A stretch of DNA of 64,000 bases from Dendrobates tinctorius (Eukaryota). The notes under the pieces were generated by a model. That model ran no database searches. It was given only the letters and a program-made list of their open reading frames with translations, and was not told the DNA's origin. Each line of letters starts with the position of its first letter. Positions within the stretch are counted from its first letter, which is position 1. Below, in pieces: positions 37,901 to 51,492 of this stretch. Location of the stretch: NCBI RefSeq assembly GCF_039654945.1, contig NW_027361684.1, positions 16,926,001-16,990,000 on the forward strand, read 5' to 3'. The translations under genes and the position numbers were made by a program.

Positions 37901-40025
37901 TATAGTCTGTTGGAATCCCAGTGGCACATGTAGTCTGATGAGCCACAGAAGGTGATGTCTTTACTGATAATCTCCGGTTTAAACAAACACTCTCTGTGTG
38001 AGAGCCATAGGTTAGGTGATAACTTGATAATGGGGGTCTGACCACTGGGACTTGCACTGATCAGCAAACAGGGGAGAATTTTTATCCCCAATAGGGAACT
38101 TTTATCCCCGATGCATAATGGAGGAGCAGATCAGACACCCGACTGTTGCTCTATTCAGTTTCTATGTCGCTGTTGGGAAGACACAAGTGCAGCGCTTGGC
38201 GGCCCTATAGGCAATGAATGGAATGGAGTAGTGGAAGGTCAATCATGCACATAGCCACTTCATTCTCACAAGGTGTAGCATAGCTGGGGAGGATCAGCTC
38301 TGCAGTATTTGATTAGAAGCTTCTGTATGGTTTCTCTAAGAATCAGGTAGTAGATTCAGGGAAGCAGACCAGCTGAGAGAGACGTACCGGGGTCTCTCTG
38401 TGAATGAAGTGACTGAGGAGTCAGTCAGTCTCCTGGATATAGCATAGGCAAATGTGTTAGCTCGTGTATGAACAGACCGTGGGCACCAGACTGGATGTGT
38501 CTTGGAGCTAAAGAAAGTCCAGAATTCCTCTCTGAAAAGAGTCTGCACAGGCCGTGTGCAAAGAACTGCAAGTATCAATGGTTGGACAATATTGTTTGTT
38601 CGAGCTGGGGCTAGCTCAGCCATGTATGAATAGCCAGGAATGTTCTGTTTAGTTAGCGCCTGTACAAGCCTATGGAATTATTTTTATGATTTTATAGAGA
38701 TGACATCCCCCTTCTTACTTCTGCCGTGGCTGCTGCCCAGGCGTACTTTCTCTGCCCTGTTGAGGGCAAAGGAAAGTACTGCAGTGCGCAGGCGCCAGAA
38801 AAGGTCATAGAGGTCCCGCGCCTGCGCACTGCAGTACTTTACGCTGCCCTCAACAGGGCAGAGAAAGTACTCCTGCGCAGGAGCCGCAGCAGAAGTAAGA
38901 AGGAGGACATCATCGTATGAAGATGAGAGGCGCCGGACCGGACCGCAACACCCATTGGACCGGACCGGATTCCCTGATGAGTATACTCTAACTAATTTTT
39001 CTTATCTTTCAGGTTACATCGGGGGGGCTTATCTACAGCATTACAGAATGCTGTAGATAAGCCCCTGATGGCAGTGGCCGCAGCTCATAAGGCAAAAATG
39101 GGGTGATAGATTCCCTTTAAGGCTTAATGCCTACCATAGAGAGTGAATCCCTACAAGGGGTTAAGGTTTCCCGTTCTGCCGATCAGTGCGGGTCCCAGTG
39201 GTCAGACCCGCATCAATCAGCAAGTTATCACTTATCCTGTGTAAAGATGATGACTTGTTTTCACTGGACAACCACTTTAAAGGGTGTTTGTCAGCACAAA
39301 ATGATTGTTCAAACCATGCAAATACACTTGATGTATTCTAGATGTGGCTGATCATTTCATTGCACCTTTCCACCTATTTGTTTTCTGTCTATCTCTGGCC
39401 CTTCTTTGGTGAGTGACTGCTCCAGCTTTACAGGTGCTAAAGAAGAATGGAGATAAATGGAAAACAAGTATGTGAGAGGGTGCACTGAATGGTTTGACCA
39501 TGCCAAGAGAGTGCCAAGTTCCTATGCTTGGTTTGAACAGTTATTTTGTGTTGATAGACTCCTTTTAATGTGACTGAGGTGGAATAAAAGGCACAGCCAC
39601 TACCGAAAGTGTAAGGCTGTGCCTGGTTACCATCAGGGGGACTTGGCCCTTGCTGGCGCTCCATGATCTCTGCAGTCAGCCAAGTATCAGATTTGATATT
39701 ATCCTGACACATGGCCATTACTTTTGTAGTCTTGTAAAAATAGCGAGAACTGAGTAAATCTAGAGAGTTTATTCATACAATTTTATCATTATTTCTTTAG
39801 CTCTTGTGTAAAGTTCCACGACAGAGGCTCCGGTATCTCCATCAATTCAAGAGCCACATTTTCTTCAGAGGAATGACTTTTGATCCTGCACTGCTCCAAA
39901 AATTTCCAGTTCACCTTGTCATAACAATGCGGAAATCAGAAGTTGCCGCACCGTCAGACTTGGGTGGTTTTGAAGACTTTGAATGCGATTTAACACAAAC
40001 TCTTCAATTTCCCTGCCCAGCTTAA
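19965..40025 (+). CDS. rskr: Ribosomal protein S6 kinase-related protein (RSKR/SGK494), 12 coding exons: 19965-19991, 22034-22282, 23985-24068, 24149-24217, 25374-25443, 25703-25810, 27280-27320, 29764-29791, 29882-29971, 35293-35381, 37587-37697, 39801-40025
   Basis: All introns are GT-AG with compatible phases; 1191 nt = 396 aa + stop. Kinase motifs VAKGSLG, FALK, HRDVKMEN, DFG and APE are intact. SGK494-specific stretches MGA.., [46 protein letters not shown]. Confidence 0.95.
20102..21720 (-). mobile_element. Degenerate L1 3' fragment, antisense in rskr intron 1, containing a MITE
   Basis: T-run at 20102-20113 followed by TTTATT (antisense polyA signal); minus strand resembles an ORF2 C-terminus. 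Right boundary approximate. Confidence 0.55.
20745..21189. mobile_element. Harbinger-type MITE
   Basis: TTA TSD; right end GTGTAACGGTACCC is the reverse complement of the 6295 MITE terminus. Confidence 0.75.
22840..23110. repeat. 30-bp G-rich minisatellite in a DNA-transposon relic
   Basis: gggggcatatacgcatcacaggaggggctg repeated about 8 times with variants. Confidence 0.85.
24578..24616 (+). ncRNA. Hammerhead-like motif, sense strand of rskr intron 4
   Basis: gtaca-TTGATGA-a-ggtc-gttgt-gacc-GAAA-cg-tc-tatac; perfect 4-bp stem II, C3>U core variant, stem I with one mismatch. Confidence 0.6.
27395..29070. mobile_element. T2/Kolobok-like non-autonomous element hosting a solo LTR
   Basis: Ends AGGGGTGG.. 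/ ..CCACCCCTTTAA with long imperfect subterminal inverted repeats. Confidence 0.65.
27907..28843 (-). mobile_element. Solo LTR (~937 bp)
   Basis: Starts TGTAA, ends TTAAA (mutated TTACA); 5-bp TSD CCTCC at 27902-27906 and 28844-28848. Confidence 0.7.
29977..34960 (+). mobile_element. 5'-truncated L1-clade LINE (ORF2 only, degenerate), sense orientation in rskr intron 9
   Basis: [56 protein letters not shown]; AATAAA at 34931 with an A-rich tail. Confidence 0.92.
32668..33572. mobile_element. Solo LTR (905 bp) inserted in the intronic L1
   Basis: TGTTGTGAA...TTCATAACA termini; TSD CATGGC on both sides; removal restores [12 protein letters not shown]. Confidence 0.88.
35432..37037 (+). mobile_element. 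Full-length Tc1 DD34E transposon (ZB-like), ~210-bp TIRs, in rskr intron 10
   Basis: TA|CAGTGGGGAAAAAAAGTATTTAG ... CCCCACTG|TA; nearly identical long TIRs. Confidence 0.95.
35800..36822 (+). CDS. Intact 340-aa Tc1 transposase (DD34E)
   Basis: [23 protein letters not shown]; 34 residues between the second D and the E. Confidence 0.95.
   Translation: MVKTKELSKDTRNKIVALHQAGKTESAIANQLGVKKSTVGAIIRKWKTYKTTDNLPRSGAPRKIPPRGVRMITRTVSKNPRTTRGDLVNELQRAGTNVTRPTISNTLRHHGLRSCSARCVPLLKPVHVRSRLKFAREHLDDPEEFGENVLWSDETKLELFGRNTTCCVWRKKNTELHPSNTIPTVKHGGGNIMLWGCFSAKGPGRLIRVHERMNGAMYREILSANLLPSARALKMKRGWVFQHDNDPKHTARATKEWLRKKHFKVLEWPSQSPDLNPIENLWRELKVRVAKRKAKNITALEEICMEEWANIPTTVCGNLVKTYRKRLTSVIANKGYITKY
37105..37490. 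mobile_element. T2-type MITE
   Basis: TTAA AGGGGTTATCCACTACTT ... AAGTAGTGGAGCCCT TTAA. Confidence 0.7.
37793..39567. mobile_element. Cluster of nested T2/Kolobok-like MITEs in rskr intron 11
   Basis: AGGGAAT.. / ..GATTCCCTTTAA ends; TTAAAGGGTG..GTTCAAACC / GGTTTGAAC..CCTTTTAA at ~39278-39567. Confidence 0.55.
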
Positions 40026-40450
40026 GGGGTGAAATAATCCAAGAACATTCACCTCAATGAGGCCAGTAACTTTCAATTGCAGTTAATGGACCTGAATATG
40101 AGTGATACATAATGCCTATTATAGTCAATGGGCTATAGCCCTGTAGTGTTCTGACGTGCTGTGTCCTTCACAGAAGGAAATGAGCTATGTAGAAGCTCTG
40201 GCTAGTTGATGGCATTTTTACCAAGTGTCCCTTTTTTTGGTAGGACAGACCATAATCGCTACAAATGTCCTAAATCCTTCTATCCACCTTTGCTCTGCTT
40301 TTTCCACTATGTTATCATTAAATGCAGCTGTGTAGTTCCTAATTGCATAGTAGATCCCAAGCTGTATATTTCATGCTTCATTGTAGCATGCACCAATACT
40401 TTTTGCACTAATGTGTAAACGAAGACTCTTTACTTTTATAGACATGCTGG

Positions 40451-40456
40451 AATAAA
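40451..40456 (+). terminator. Probable rskr polyadenylation signal
   Basis: First AATAAA downstream of the stop codon, ~425 nt away. Confidence 0.6.
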
Positions 40457-40891
40457 ATGGATCTTTCACACAAGTCTTCCAACAATTTGAGGTTTTTCAT
40501 GCTTTGCTCAGAACTGTAACGTTTAGTGATCAGCTTTAAACAAAGCTCAGCAATGCTGTGACTATTAGGCCGGGGTCACACTAACCGACGCAAAATACGA
40601 TCCGTAGTTTACAGGAGTAATACGGATGAATGACCCCTAAATAGTGCTCCGTATGTCATCCGTAAGCAAGGTGTGGTCGCGTATTTTGCACATGTAAGCA
40701 TCCGTATGTAATCCGTATGCCATCCGTATGCTGAGATTTTCTCTCCGGCTTGCAAAATGGACATATAATGGAGCCCTATGACAGGTTTTATAACACAAAA
40801 GAATAGATATAGACACATAGAATACATATATATATATATATATACCTGTATATATACACACACACACACAAATGTCATTGAGACACATATA

Positions 40892-42112
40892 CACTCACTG
40901 GCCACTTTATTAGGTACACCATGCTAGTAACGGGTTGGACCACCTTTTGCCTTCAGAACTGCCTCAATTCTTCGTGGCAGAGATTCAACAAGGTGCTGGA
41001 AGCATTCCTCAGAGATTTTGGACCATATTGACATGATGGCATCACACAGTTGGCGCAGATTTGTCGGCTGCACATCCCTGATGCGAATCTCCCGTTCCAC
41101 CACATCCCAAAGATGCTCTATTGGATTGAGATCTGGTGACTGAGGAGGCCATTTGAGTACAGTGAACTCATTGTCATGTTCAAGAAACCAATCTGAGATG
41201 ATTCGAGCTTTAGGACATGGCGCATTATCCTGCTGAAAGTAGCCATCAGATGTTGGGTACATTGTGGTCATAAAGGGATGGACATGGTCAGCAACAATAC
41301 TCAGGTAGGCTGTGGCGTTGCAACGATGCTCAATTGGTACCAAGGGGCCCAAAGAGTGCCCAGAAAAAATTCCCCACACCATGACACCACCACCACCAGC
41401 CTGAACCGTTGATACAAGGCAGGATGGATCCATGCTTTCATGTTGTTTACGCCAAATTCTGACCCTACCATCCGAATGTCGCAGCAGAAATCGAGACTCA
41501 TCAGACCAGGCAACGTTTTTCCAATCTTCTACTGGCCAATTTCGATGAGCTTGTGCAAATTGTAGCCTCAGTTTCCTGTTCTTAGCTGAGAGGAGTGGTA
41601 CCCAGTGTGGTCTTCTGCTGCTGTAGCCCATCTGCCTCAAAGTTCGACGCACTGTGCGTTCAGAGATGCTCTTCTGCCTACCTTGGTTGTAACGGGGGGC
41701 AATTTGAGTCACTGTTGCCTTTCTATCAGCTCGAACCAGTCTGCCCATTCTCCTCTGACCTCTGGCATCAACAAGGCATTTCCGGCCACAGAACTGCCGC
41801 TCACTGGATTTTTTTTCTTTTTCGGACCATTCTCTGTAAACCCTAGAGATGGTTGTGCGTGAAAATCCCAGTAGATCAGCAGTTTCTGAAATACTCAGAC
41901 CAGCCCTTCTGGCACCAACAATCATGCCACGTTCAAAGGCACTCAAATCACCTTTCTTCCCCATACTGATGCTCGGTTTGAACTGCAGGAGATTGTCTTG
42001 ACCATGTCTACATGCCTAAATGCACTGAGTTGCCGCCATGTGATTGGCTGATTAGAAATTAAGTCTTAACACACAGTTGGACAGGTGTACCTAATAAAGT
42101 GGCCAGTGAGTG
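40892..42112 (-). mobile_element. Full-length DD36E (Incomer-type) Tc1-superfamily transposon, 1221 bp
   Basis: Perfect 29-bp TIRs CACTCACTGGCCACTTTATTAGGTACACC; TA TSD. Confidence 0.93.
40924..41964 (-). CDS. Uninterrupted 346-aa DD36E transposase
   Basis: WSDESRF; FQQD + 36 residues + E (SPDLNPIE). Length matches the Incomer family. Confidence 0.92.
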   Translation of the reverse strand: MGKKGDLSAFERGMIVGARRAGLSISETADLLGFSRTTISRVYREWSEKEKKSSERQFCGRKCLVDARGQRRMGRLVRADRKATVTQIAPRYNQGRQKSISERTVRRTLRQMGYSSRRPHWVPLLSAKNRKLRLQFAQAHRNWPVEDWKNVAWSDESRFLLRHSDGRVRIWRKQHESMDPSCLVSTVQAGGGGVMVWGIFSGHSLGPLVPIEHRCNATAYLSIVADHVHPFMTTMYPTSDGYFQQDNAPCPKARIISDWFLEHDNEFTVLKWPPQSPDLNPIEHLWDVVEREIRIRDVQPTNLRQLCDAIMSIWSKISEECFQHLVESLPRRIEAVLKAKGGPTRY

Positions 42113-44836
42113 TATATATATATATATTTCACAGAGTTCTTCATAGCAGAATAGCCGCTAATTCAATTGCCGGCTTCTATCAAATCATTCCCCAACCCGA
42201 CATGAAATGACACATGGTTACATACAGTAAACCATTTCATTTAATGTTTTGTTTTGTATGTCTTTCATTAGGAATTAGATGTGTAAAATTTGGGAGGTGT
42301 AGGTGTTAATTTAAGGGGTTAATTCGTTGTTAAAAAATGTGTGGGCTCCCGCATTGACAAATTACCGCGGGAGCCCACACATTTTTTTACAACGAATTAA
42401 CCCCTTAAATTAACACCTACACCTCCCAAATTTTACACATCAACCCTCATCTAATTCCTAATGAAAGACATACAAAACAAAACATTAAATGAAATGGTTT
42501 ACTGTATGTAACCATGTGTCATTTCATGTCGGGTTGGGGAATGATTTCACAAAATCCGGCAATTGAATTAGCGGCTATTCTGCTATGAAGAACTCTGTGA
42601 AATATATATATATGTGTGTGTCTCAATGTATGTGTGTCTCAATGACATGTGCGTGTGTATATATATATATATATCCAACAATGTAGACCAGCTCACTCCT
42701 GTGAACCACCTGGAACCTCAGCTGACCTGGTTAACTCCGTTGTGCCCGGATCTGGATGTAGGAGTCCATCCATACAAATGTGAACAACGACAAAGCAAAG
42801 TCCAGCAATAACGTGAGCAATCCAGGATGCTGTTAAAAATTTTTTTCTTTTTATTCATAAATCCATTAAAATGCAATGGTCCAAGCAGTTCAAAACAGCA
42901 ATAACGCAGGAAAGTCGTAGGTAGAACCCGCCTTCTTCACGGTCCAGAATCTAATCTGCTTTCCAAACATGGAACCTTATATAGATCCCACTCCCATCAG
43001 GGTAATTATAAACATATGTGAGAGACTTAAAAACATGTGCTATAAAAGCAGATCAAACATATAAACTATCCGCATATTGGTCAGTATACAACATGCATAA
43101 AGATAAGGAAAGAATTCAACATATTGGAGAAAAGTGCATTAGGAATGTCCAATAACCTGACCATAAGATTTAAGGCCCTGTGCACACAGTGCAGACTCCG
43201 TGCAGTACCGCAGCAGATTTGGCCCTGCAAAACCGCAGCAGAAAAGCAACAGAACAGCACATGATGCACAGTACCATTTAAGGCTATGTAAAACAAAAAG
43301 GCTGTGCACATGCTGCAGATTTTTCCACGCAGATCTGGTGCAGAATAAAAGAAGCAGCATATCGCTTCTCCTGTGCGGCTCTGCTGCAGCTCTCCACCTG
43401 CTCCATTATAGAAATCTGCAGGCGGAAACTGCAGGGGAAATCCGCACAAAAACTGCACCAAATCTGCAAGCCACAACTATTTTGTGTTTGATGAGAGATA
43501 TTTCCTCCAGACACAGGGTGTGAGCATGGGCGCCATGTTTTCACCTTCCCTAGCTAACCTGGTTATGTCTGTGTGGGAAGAAAATTATATCTTTAATATT
43601 GATAACCCATACAAGGATAATATTGTTTGGCTGGGGAGATTTATTGATGATCAGATATTTGTCTGGAGGGGTAGTCTCTCGTCTGCAAAAAGTTTCTTTT
43701 CTTATTTGGATTTGAATGATTTCAATCTAAAATTTACTAGTAGTGGTCATGAGGTATCAATTAACTTCTTGGATTTGAAACTGACCGCAGATCTGGACAA
43801 TGATGGGGTTCTGATATCTCCCTATAAAAAATCCATTGCATGCAATAGTATTTTAATGGCTTCCTCTAATCACCCCAAACATGTCATTCAGAATATTCCT
43901 TATTAGACTAAAAAGGAATACTACATCTAGTGACAAATTGGAGGAAGGAATTGAAATGACCTGTAATAACTTAAGAAAAAGGGGGTATCCTAATTGGTCC
44001 TTGGACAGAGCCAGGAAAATGGTAGCAGGCATGGATAGGGTTAAGCTGTTGGAATCTACTGAGAAAAAAAGACAGTTTGACTCTAAAAAATCTAGGGTGA
44101 TTTTCAGTACCAATTATAGTCCTCAGTTTAATTCTATTGTTAAAATCATCAAAAAAATATCTTCCCTTGTTATCTCAGAATGATATTTTGAAAAATATTG
44201 TAGAAAATAATGATATTGCCTTTGTGGCAAGAAGAGCCCCGACTTTAGCTACATTATTATCACCCAGCATGTTCAAAGATCCGGATAAAATTTCCCCTAG
44301 CAATTGGTTAAAAACAACAGGATTTTTTAAATGCGGTGCCAATATCTGTAAGTGCTGCGGTTTTGCTAATAAATCTAAAACATTTACATCTATCTCCAAT
44401 AAAAAACAGTTTAATGTTTGTTCTTTTATAAACTGTAATACGGAGAATGTAGTGTATCTAATTAATTGCAATATATGCCGTATGCAATATGTAGGTTGCA
44501 CGATGAACCCCCTTAAAACTAGAATCCGCAAACACCTATCAGACGCTAGTAATTTGTCTATGGTTGGTGCATCAGTAGTATCCTGACATTTTTCAAAAAA
44601 ACATAATGGGGATTTACGCGGTTTCTCTTTTATGGGCATAGAGCATGTAAAAAAACCATTGAGAGGGGGAGATTTTCATAAAAAAATGCTTGCAAGAGAA
44701 AGTAGGTGGATATTTGAGTTGGGGACTCGCATGCCACAGGGCTTTAATAACCGCCTGGATATCATTATGCACTATTGATATATTTGTATTATATAATGCT
44801 GGTTAATATTATTGTTCTATGTTTTTGTACCACTGG

Positions 44837-45229
44837 GGCTATGTGCACACGGTGCCGATTCTGCTGTGGAGTTTTCCGCGTAGATTTTGCTAAATCTTTA
44901 GGTAAGATGATCTGCGTTTTGCCTGCAGATTTGTCGCAGATTTGGTGCAGTTTTTGTGCGGATTTCCCCTGCAGTTTCCGCCTGTAGATTTCTATAATGG
45001 AGCAGGTGGGGAGCTGCAGCAGAGCCGCACAGGAGAAGCGATATGCTGCTTCTTTTATTCTGCACCAGATCTGCGTGGAAAAATCTGCAGCATGTGCACA
45101 GCCTTTTTGTTTTACATAGCCTTAAATGGTACTGTGCATCATGTGCTGTTCTGTTGCTTTTCTGCTGCGGTTCTGCAGGGCCAAATCTGCTGCGGTACTG
45201 CACGGAGTCTGCACTGTGTGCACAGGGCC
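44837..45229. mobile_element. Harbinger-type MITE within the Penelope pLTR, partly duplicated in the inverted copy at 43173-43467
   Basis: TIRs GGCTATGTGCACACGGTGC / GCACTGTGTGCACAGGGCC. Confidence 0.8.
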
Positions 45230-45247
45230 TTAAATCTTATGGTCAGG

Positions 45248-47226
<1,979 letters not shown>

Positions 47227-47452
47227 AAATCTTATGGTCAGGTTATTGGACATTCCTAATGTACTTTTCTCCAATATGTTGAATTCTTTCCTTATCTTTA
47301 TGCATGTTGTATACTGACCAATATGCGGATAGTTTATATGTTTGATCTGCTTTTATAGCACATGTTTTTAAGTCTCTCACATATGTTTATAATTACCCTG
47401 ATGGGAGTGGGATGTATATAAGGTTCCATGTTTGGAAAGCAGATTAGATTCT

Positions 47453-47495
47453 GGACCGTGAAGAAGGCGGGTTCTACCGCTGAAACGCGTAGTCC
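47453..47495 (+). ncRNA. Type I hammerhead variant in the Penelope pLTR
   Basis: ggac-c-GTGAAGA-a-ggcgg-gttcta-ccgct-GAAA-cgcg-ta-gtcc; TATATAA ~40 nt upstream. Confidence 0.75.
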
Positions 47496-47636
47496 TATCT
47501 GCACGACTTTCCTGCGTTATTGCTGTTTTGAACTGCTTGGACCATTGCATTTTAATGGATTTATGAATAAAAAGAAAAAATTTTTTAACAGCATCCTGGA
47601 TTGCTCACGTTATTGCTGGACTTTGCTTTGTCGTTG

Positions 47637-47687
<51 letters not shown>

Positions 47688-48857
47688 TCTATGTGTATAT
47701 ATCCTTTCGTTTGTGTTATAAAACCTGTCAGTGTGATTTTACTGTATAGTGCACTGAATTGCCGGCTTTTCTAAAAGGCACCGGGTGCGTATTTCTCGCA
47801 AGTCACACGTGTGGTCCGTGTGTAATCCGTATTTTTTGCGCACCCATAGACTTGCATTGGTGTACTACGGGCGTAGTACGCTGACAATCGCAGCATGCTG
47901 CGATTGGCACGGACCGTAGAATACGGGCGAGAATTATACGGCTGTTGGGAACTGCCCCATAGAGAATCATTTGTCCATGTGTAATGCGTGCTTTTAACGC
48001 CTCTCACTCGTCCGTATTCCTCTCTAGCCGAAGTATAGGATGTTCAGTTACTTCATAATCCCATAACTGAGATTCTGAATTTATGCACTGCAGACGAGGA
48101 CTGTGTGTGTAGTGTATTGGGGTATTATTAAGCTCACCTGGTGAGATGGAGCCACTAATCCCACAGGTCAGGGGGAAACACAAGGACTGTGGGCTATGGC
48201 ATTCCAGCGAGGACCTGGACAACAGGCAATGCAGGGTGGCAAGCAAGCTTCTAATAGATGCTACTGCGTAAGCGCCGCTGGCGCCATCTTGGTGGAGACA
48301 ATTTTTGTTTTTCCTCTAGCAAAATGGTGCCAGCAAGCCTGCGCAGTAGCATCTATCGGATCGCCAATAAATGCTGCTGCGCAGGTGCCGCTGGCGCTAA
48401 TTTGAGATTTTTTTTTTCAGAATAAATGTATATCACTAAATAAAATAATTTAACCCCTTCACAATGCAGCCCATTTTTGTTTTTGCTTTTGTTTTTTGCT
48501 CCCCTGCTTCTCAGAGACATAACTTTTTTATTTTTCCGTCAATATGGCCAGGTGAGGGCTTATTTTTTGTGGGGCAAGTTGTACTTTTGAACGACACCAT
48601 TGGAAAATGGGAAAAAAATTCCAAGTGCAGTTAAATTTGAAAAAAGTGCAATTCCAATACTGGTTTTTTTTTTTACCATGTTCACCAAATGCTAAATCTG
48701 ACCTGTCATTATGATTCTCCAGGTCATTACTAGTTCGTAGATACCAAACATGTATAGGTTGTTTTTTTTTATTTAAGTCGTGAAAAAAAATCCAAATTTG
48801 TTAAAAAAAAATTGTTCAATTTTTCGTGGTCTCGGGTTGGGTTAGAGCTTGGGTTGA

Positions 48858-49150
48858 TCGAATAGCTTTGGATAAGTGCTTATCCGAATAGCTATAGCGC
48901 TTACTGAATAGCTGCATCGGGGACCTGGATACCTGGAGCGCTCCTGATAATCAGCTATTCGGTGCCACAGCTGCAGGTGTTAAGGCTGTGTGACAGTCAC
49001 AACACATGTATGGAGAGCCTGTTTGTTGTGAAAGTTACACAAGCGCGACACATGCAGATGTGGCGGTGAACAGCTGATTATCGGGAGCGCTCCAGATATC
49101 CAGGTTACCGGGGCAGCTATTTGGATAACTTCTTTTCCAAAGCTATTCGA
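48858..49150. mobile_element. Small palindromic MITE
   Basis: TCGAATAGCTTTGGA / TCCAAAGCTATTCGA plus further internal inverted matches. Confidence 0.7.
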
Positions 49151-49770
49151 TGGCTATGATCTTTTGATTGCCCGTTATTGCATTTTAATGCAATGTTGCG
49201 GCGACCAAAAAAACCATAATTCTAGCGTTTTTACTTAATTTGTTTGCTACTCCATTTACCAATTGTAACCAACAAAAACCCAATAAATAATACAGTAGGC
49301 AAAAACTCAATAATCTCAATAAATGCACAACACCAAACTAGTATAAATTGCCAATAATTGCAAATTTTATTAAATACAATAACATAGCATAACAAGAAAA
49401 TTCACAGATAAAACAGGGATACTGCAATCCTAAAGAGGAGCCATATTGCACATTTACCCAAAGCTGGCATTGACAATTACATAATATTGCAGAGGCCTAA
49501 ATGCCTACAAAAAATTGCCAAACTCATGTGTCCATAGTAACACCCATATAAACTACTATCATATAAACTGAGTAAACGTACTAAAATTATGGAAAATTTC
49601 CTTATAAACAAGGGCATAACCCAATAGATATATATAAGTACTCTATGATAGGGCAATATCATCTAGCTATGAATGAGCGCCTCAAAAAGGTGCACTAAAA
49701 AGTTTAAACAATGGAAAATATCCAAATCGGACACTTACATGGCGGGAGTATGTAGCGCTGGCGTCCCCGT

Positions 49771-49807
49771 CGCCCCAACGCGCGTTTCGCTTCTTCGTCA
49801 GGAGGCG
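49771..49807 (-). ncRNA. Minimal hammerhead ribozyme (left arm)
   Basis: Reverse complement: cgcctc-CTGACGA-agaagc-GAAA-cgcgcg-tt-ggggcg. Confidence 0.8.
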
Positions 49808-51455
49808 TATCTAAAGGCGGGGTGGCTCACCATTATATATGATGAACGGCCAATCATGATGCACAGAAGGTGCACATCATCAGATTGTTCAATGGCGCGC
49901 TCTAACTACATCATACCACTTCCTGTCTTTTCGGCGCATGTGCTGCTTACGTCACACTCCTGAAAAAAGAGACCTCGGCCACACGGCGGTGGAGTAGAAG
50001 CTGCGATGCGTCACCGTGGTGACCGCACACGCGCACTCCTCTCCTAATGGCCGCTAGCCCGAAGGTCGGAGCTGACAAAGTCAGACATGCGCACTTGGCA
50101 TTAGTGGTTCAAACTGGACCTGTCACGTAATAAAATTAGCTAGGGAATTTTCACTAATCATGAAACATTCTCAATTAAGTGTTATGTAACAATAGTAATT
50201 ACTTATATCTCAATAGTGAATAAATGTGTACAAATTAAACTGAATATGAAAAGTATATATAAGTGTATAATACCCTGATTATAAATTAAATATATAACCC
50301 CTCATACAGTGTATAGTGATACTTAATTATCAAATAAACATTGCCGATATGACTACATATACAAAAAATTAAGTGCAAAAGCACATAGTGTATATAAACA
50401 AAACATGACCAATGTCACAAATACAATATACTAAATATGTGTTGAAAATATCCATATATAATTAATATAAACATATAAATATATGATGCTGTGTAATAAG
50501 TGCATACCAAATAATGTGAAAAAATAATAATGGTAAAAAAAAGAATAACATACATAATTAGATGTATTTCTGGATCGTATTGTCACCATTGAAGTATCAT
50601 CTATAAGAAGGAAACATACGTAACATGGATCTGGTTGTCCTGAGATGTCATGGAACATAAGAATTATTAATAATGTGTTGTATATATGATTTTTGTGTAA
50701 TTATGTATGTTTTTCTTTTTTAACCATTATTATTTTTTCACATTATTTGGTATGCACTTATTCACAGTATCATATATTTATATGTTTATATTAATTATAT
50801 ATGGATATTTTCAGCACATATTTAGTATATTGTATTTGTGACATTGGTCATGTTTTGTTTATATACACTATGTGCTTTTGCACTTATTTTTTTGTATATG
50901 TAGTCATATCAGCAATGTTTATTTGATTGATAATTAAGTATCACTATTTATACACTGTATGAGGGGTTATATATTTAATTTATAATCAGGGTATTATACA
51001 CTTATTAAACTGAATATGAAAAGTATATATATATGTACATATTTATTCACTATTGAGATATAAGTAATTACTATTGTTACATAACACTTAATTGAGTTTC
51101 ATGATTAGTGAAAATTCCCTAGCTAATTTTATTACGTGACAGGTCCAGTTTGAACCACTAATGCCGAGAGCGCATGTCTGACTTTGTCAGCTCCGACCTT
51201 CGGGCAAGCGGCCATTAGGAGAGGAGTGCGCGTGTGCGGTCACCACGGTGACGCATCGCGGCTTCTTCTCCACCGCCGTGTGGCCGAGGTTTTTTTTTTT
51301 CAGGAGTGTGACGTAAGTGGCACATGCGCCGAAAAGACAGGAAGTGGTATGATGTAGTTAGAGCGTGCCATTGAACAATCTGATGATATGCACCTTCTGT
51401 GCATCATGATTGGCCGTTCATCATATATAATGGTGAGCCACCCCGCCCTTAGATA

Positions 51456-51492
51456 CGCCTCCTGACGAAGAAGCGAAACGCGCGTTGGGGCG
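51456..51492 (+). ncRNA. Minimal hammerhead ribozyme (right arm)
   Basis: cgcctc-CTGACGA-agaagc-GAAA-cgcgcg-tt-ggggcg: 6-bp stem I, one-pair stem II, palindromic stem III. Confidence 0.8.
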
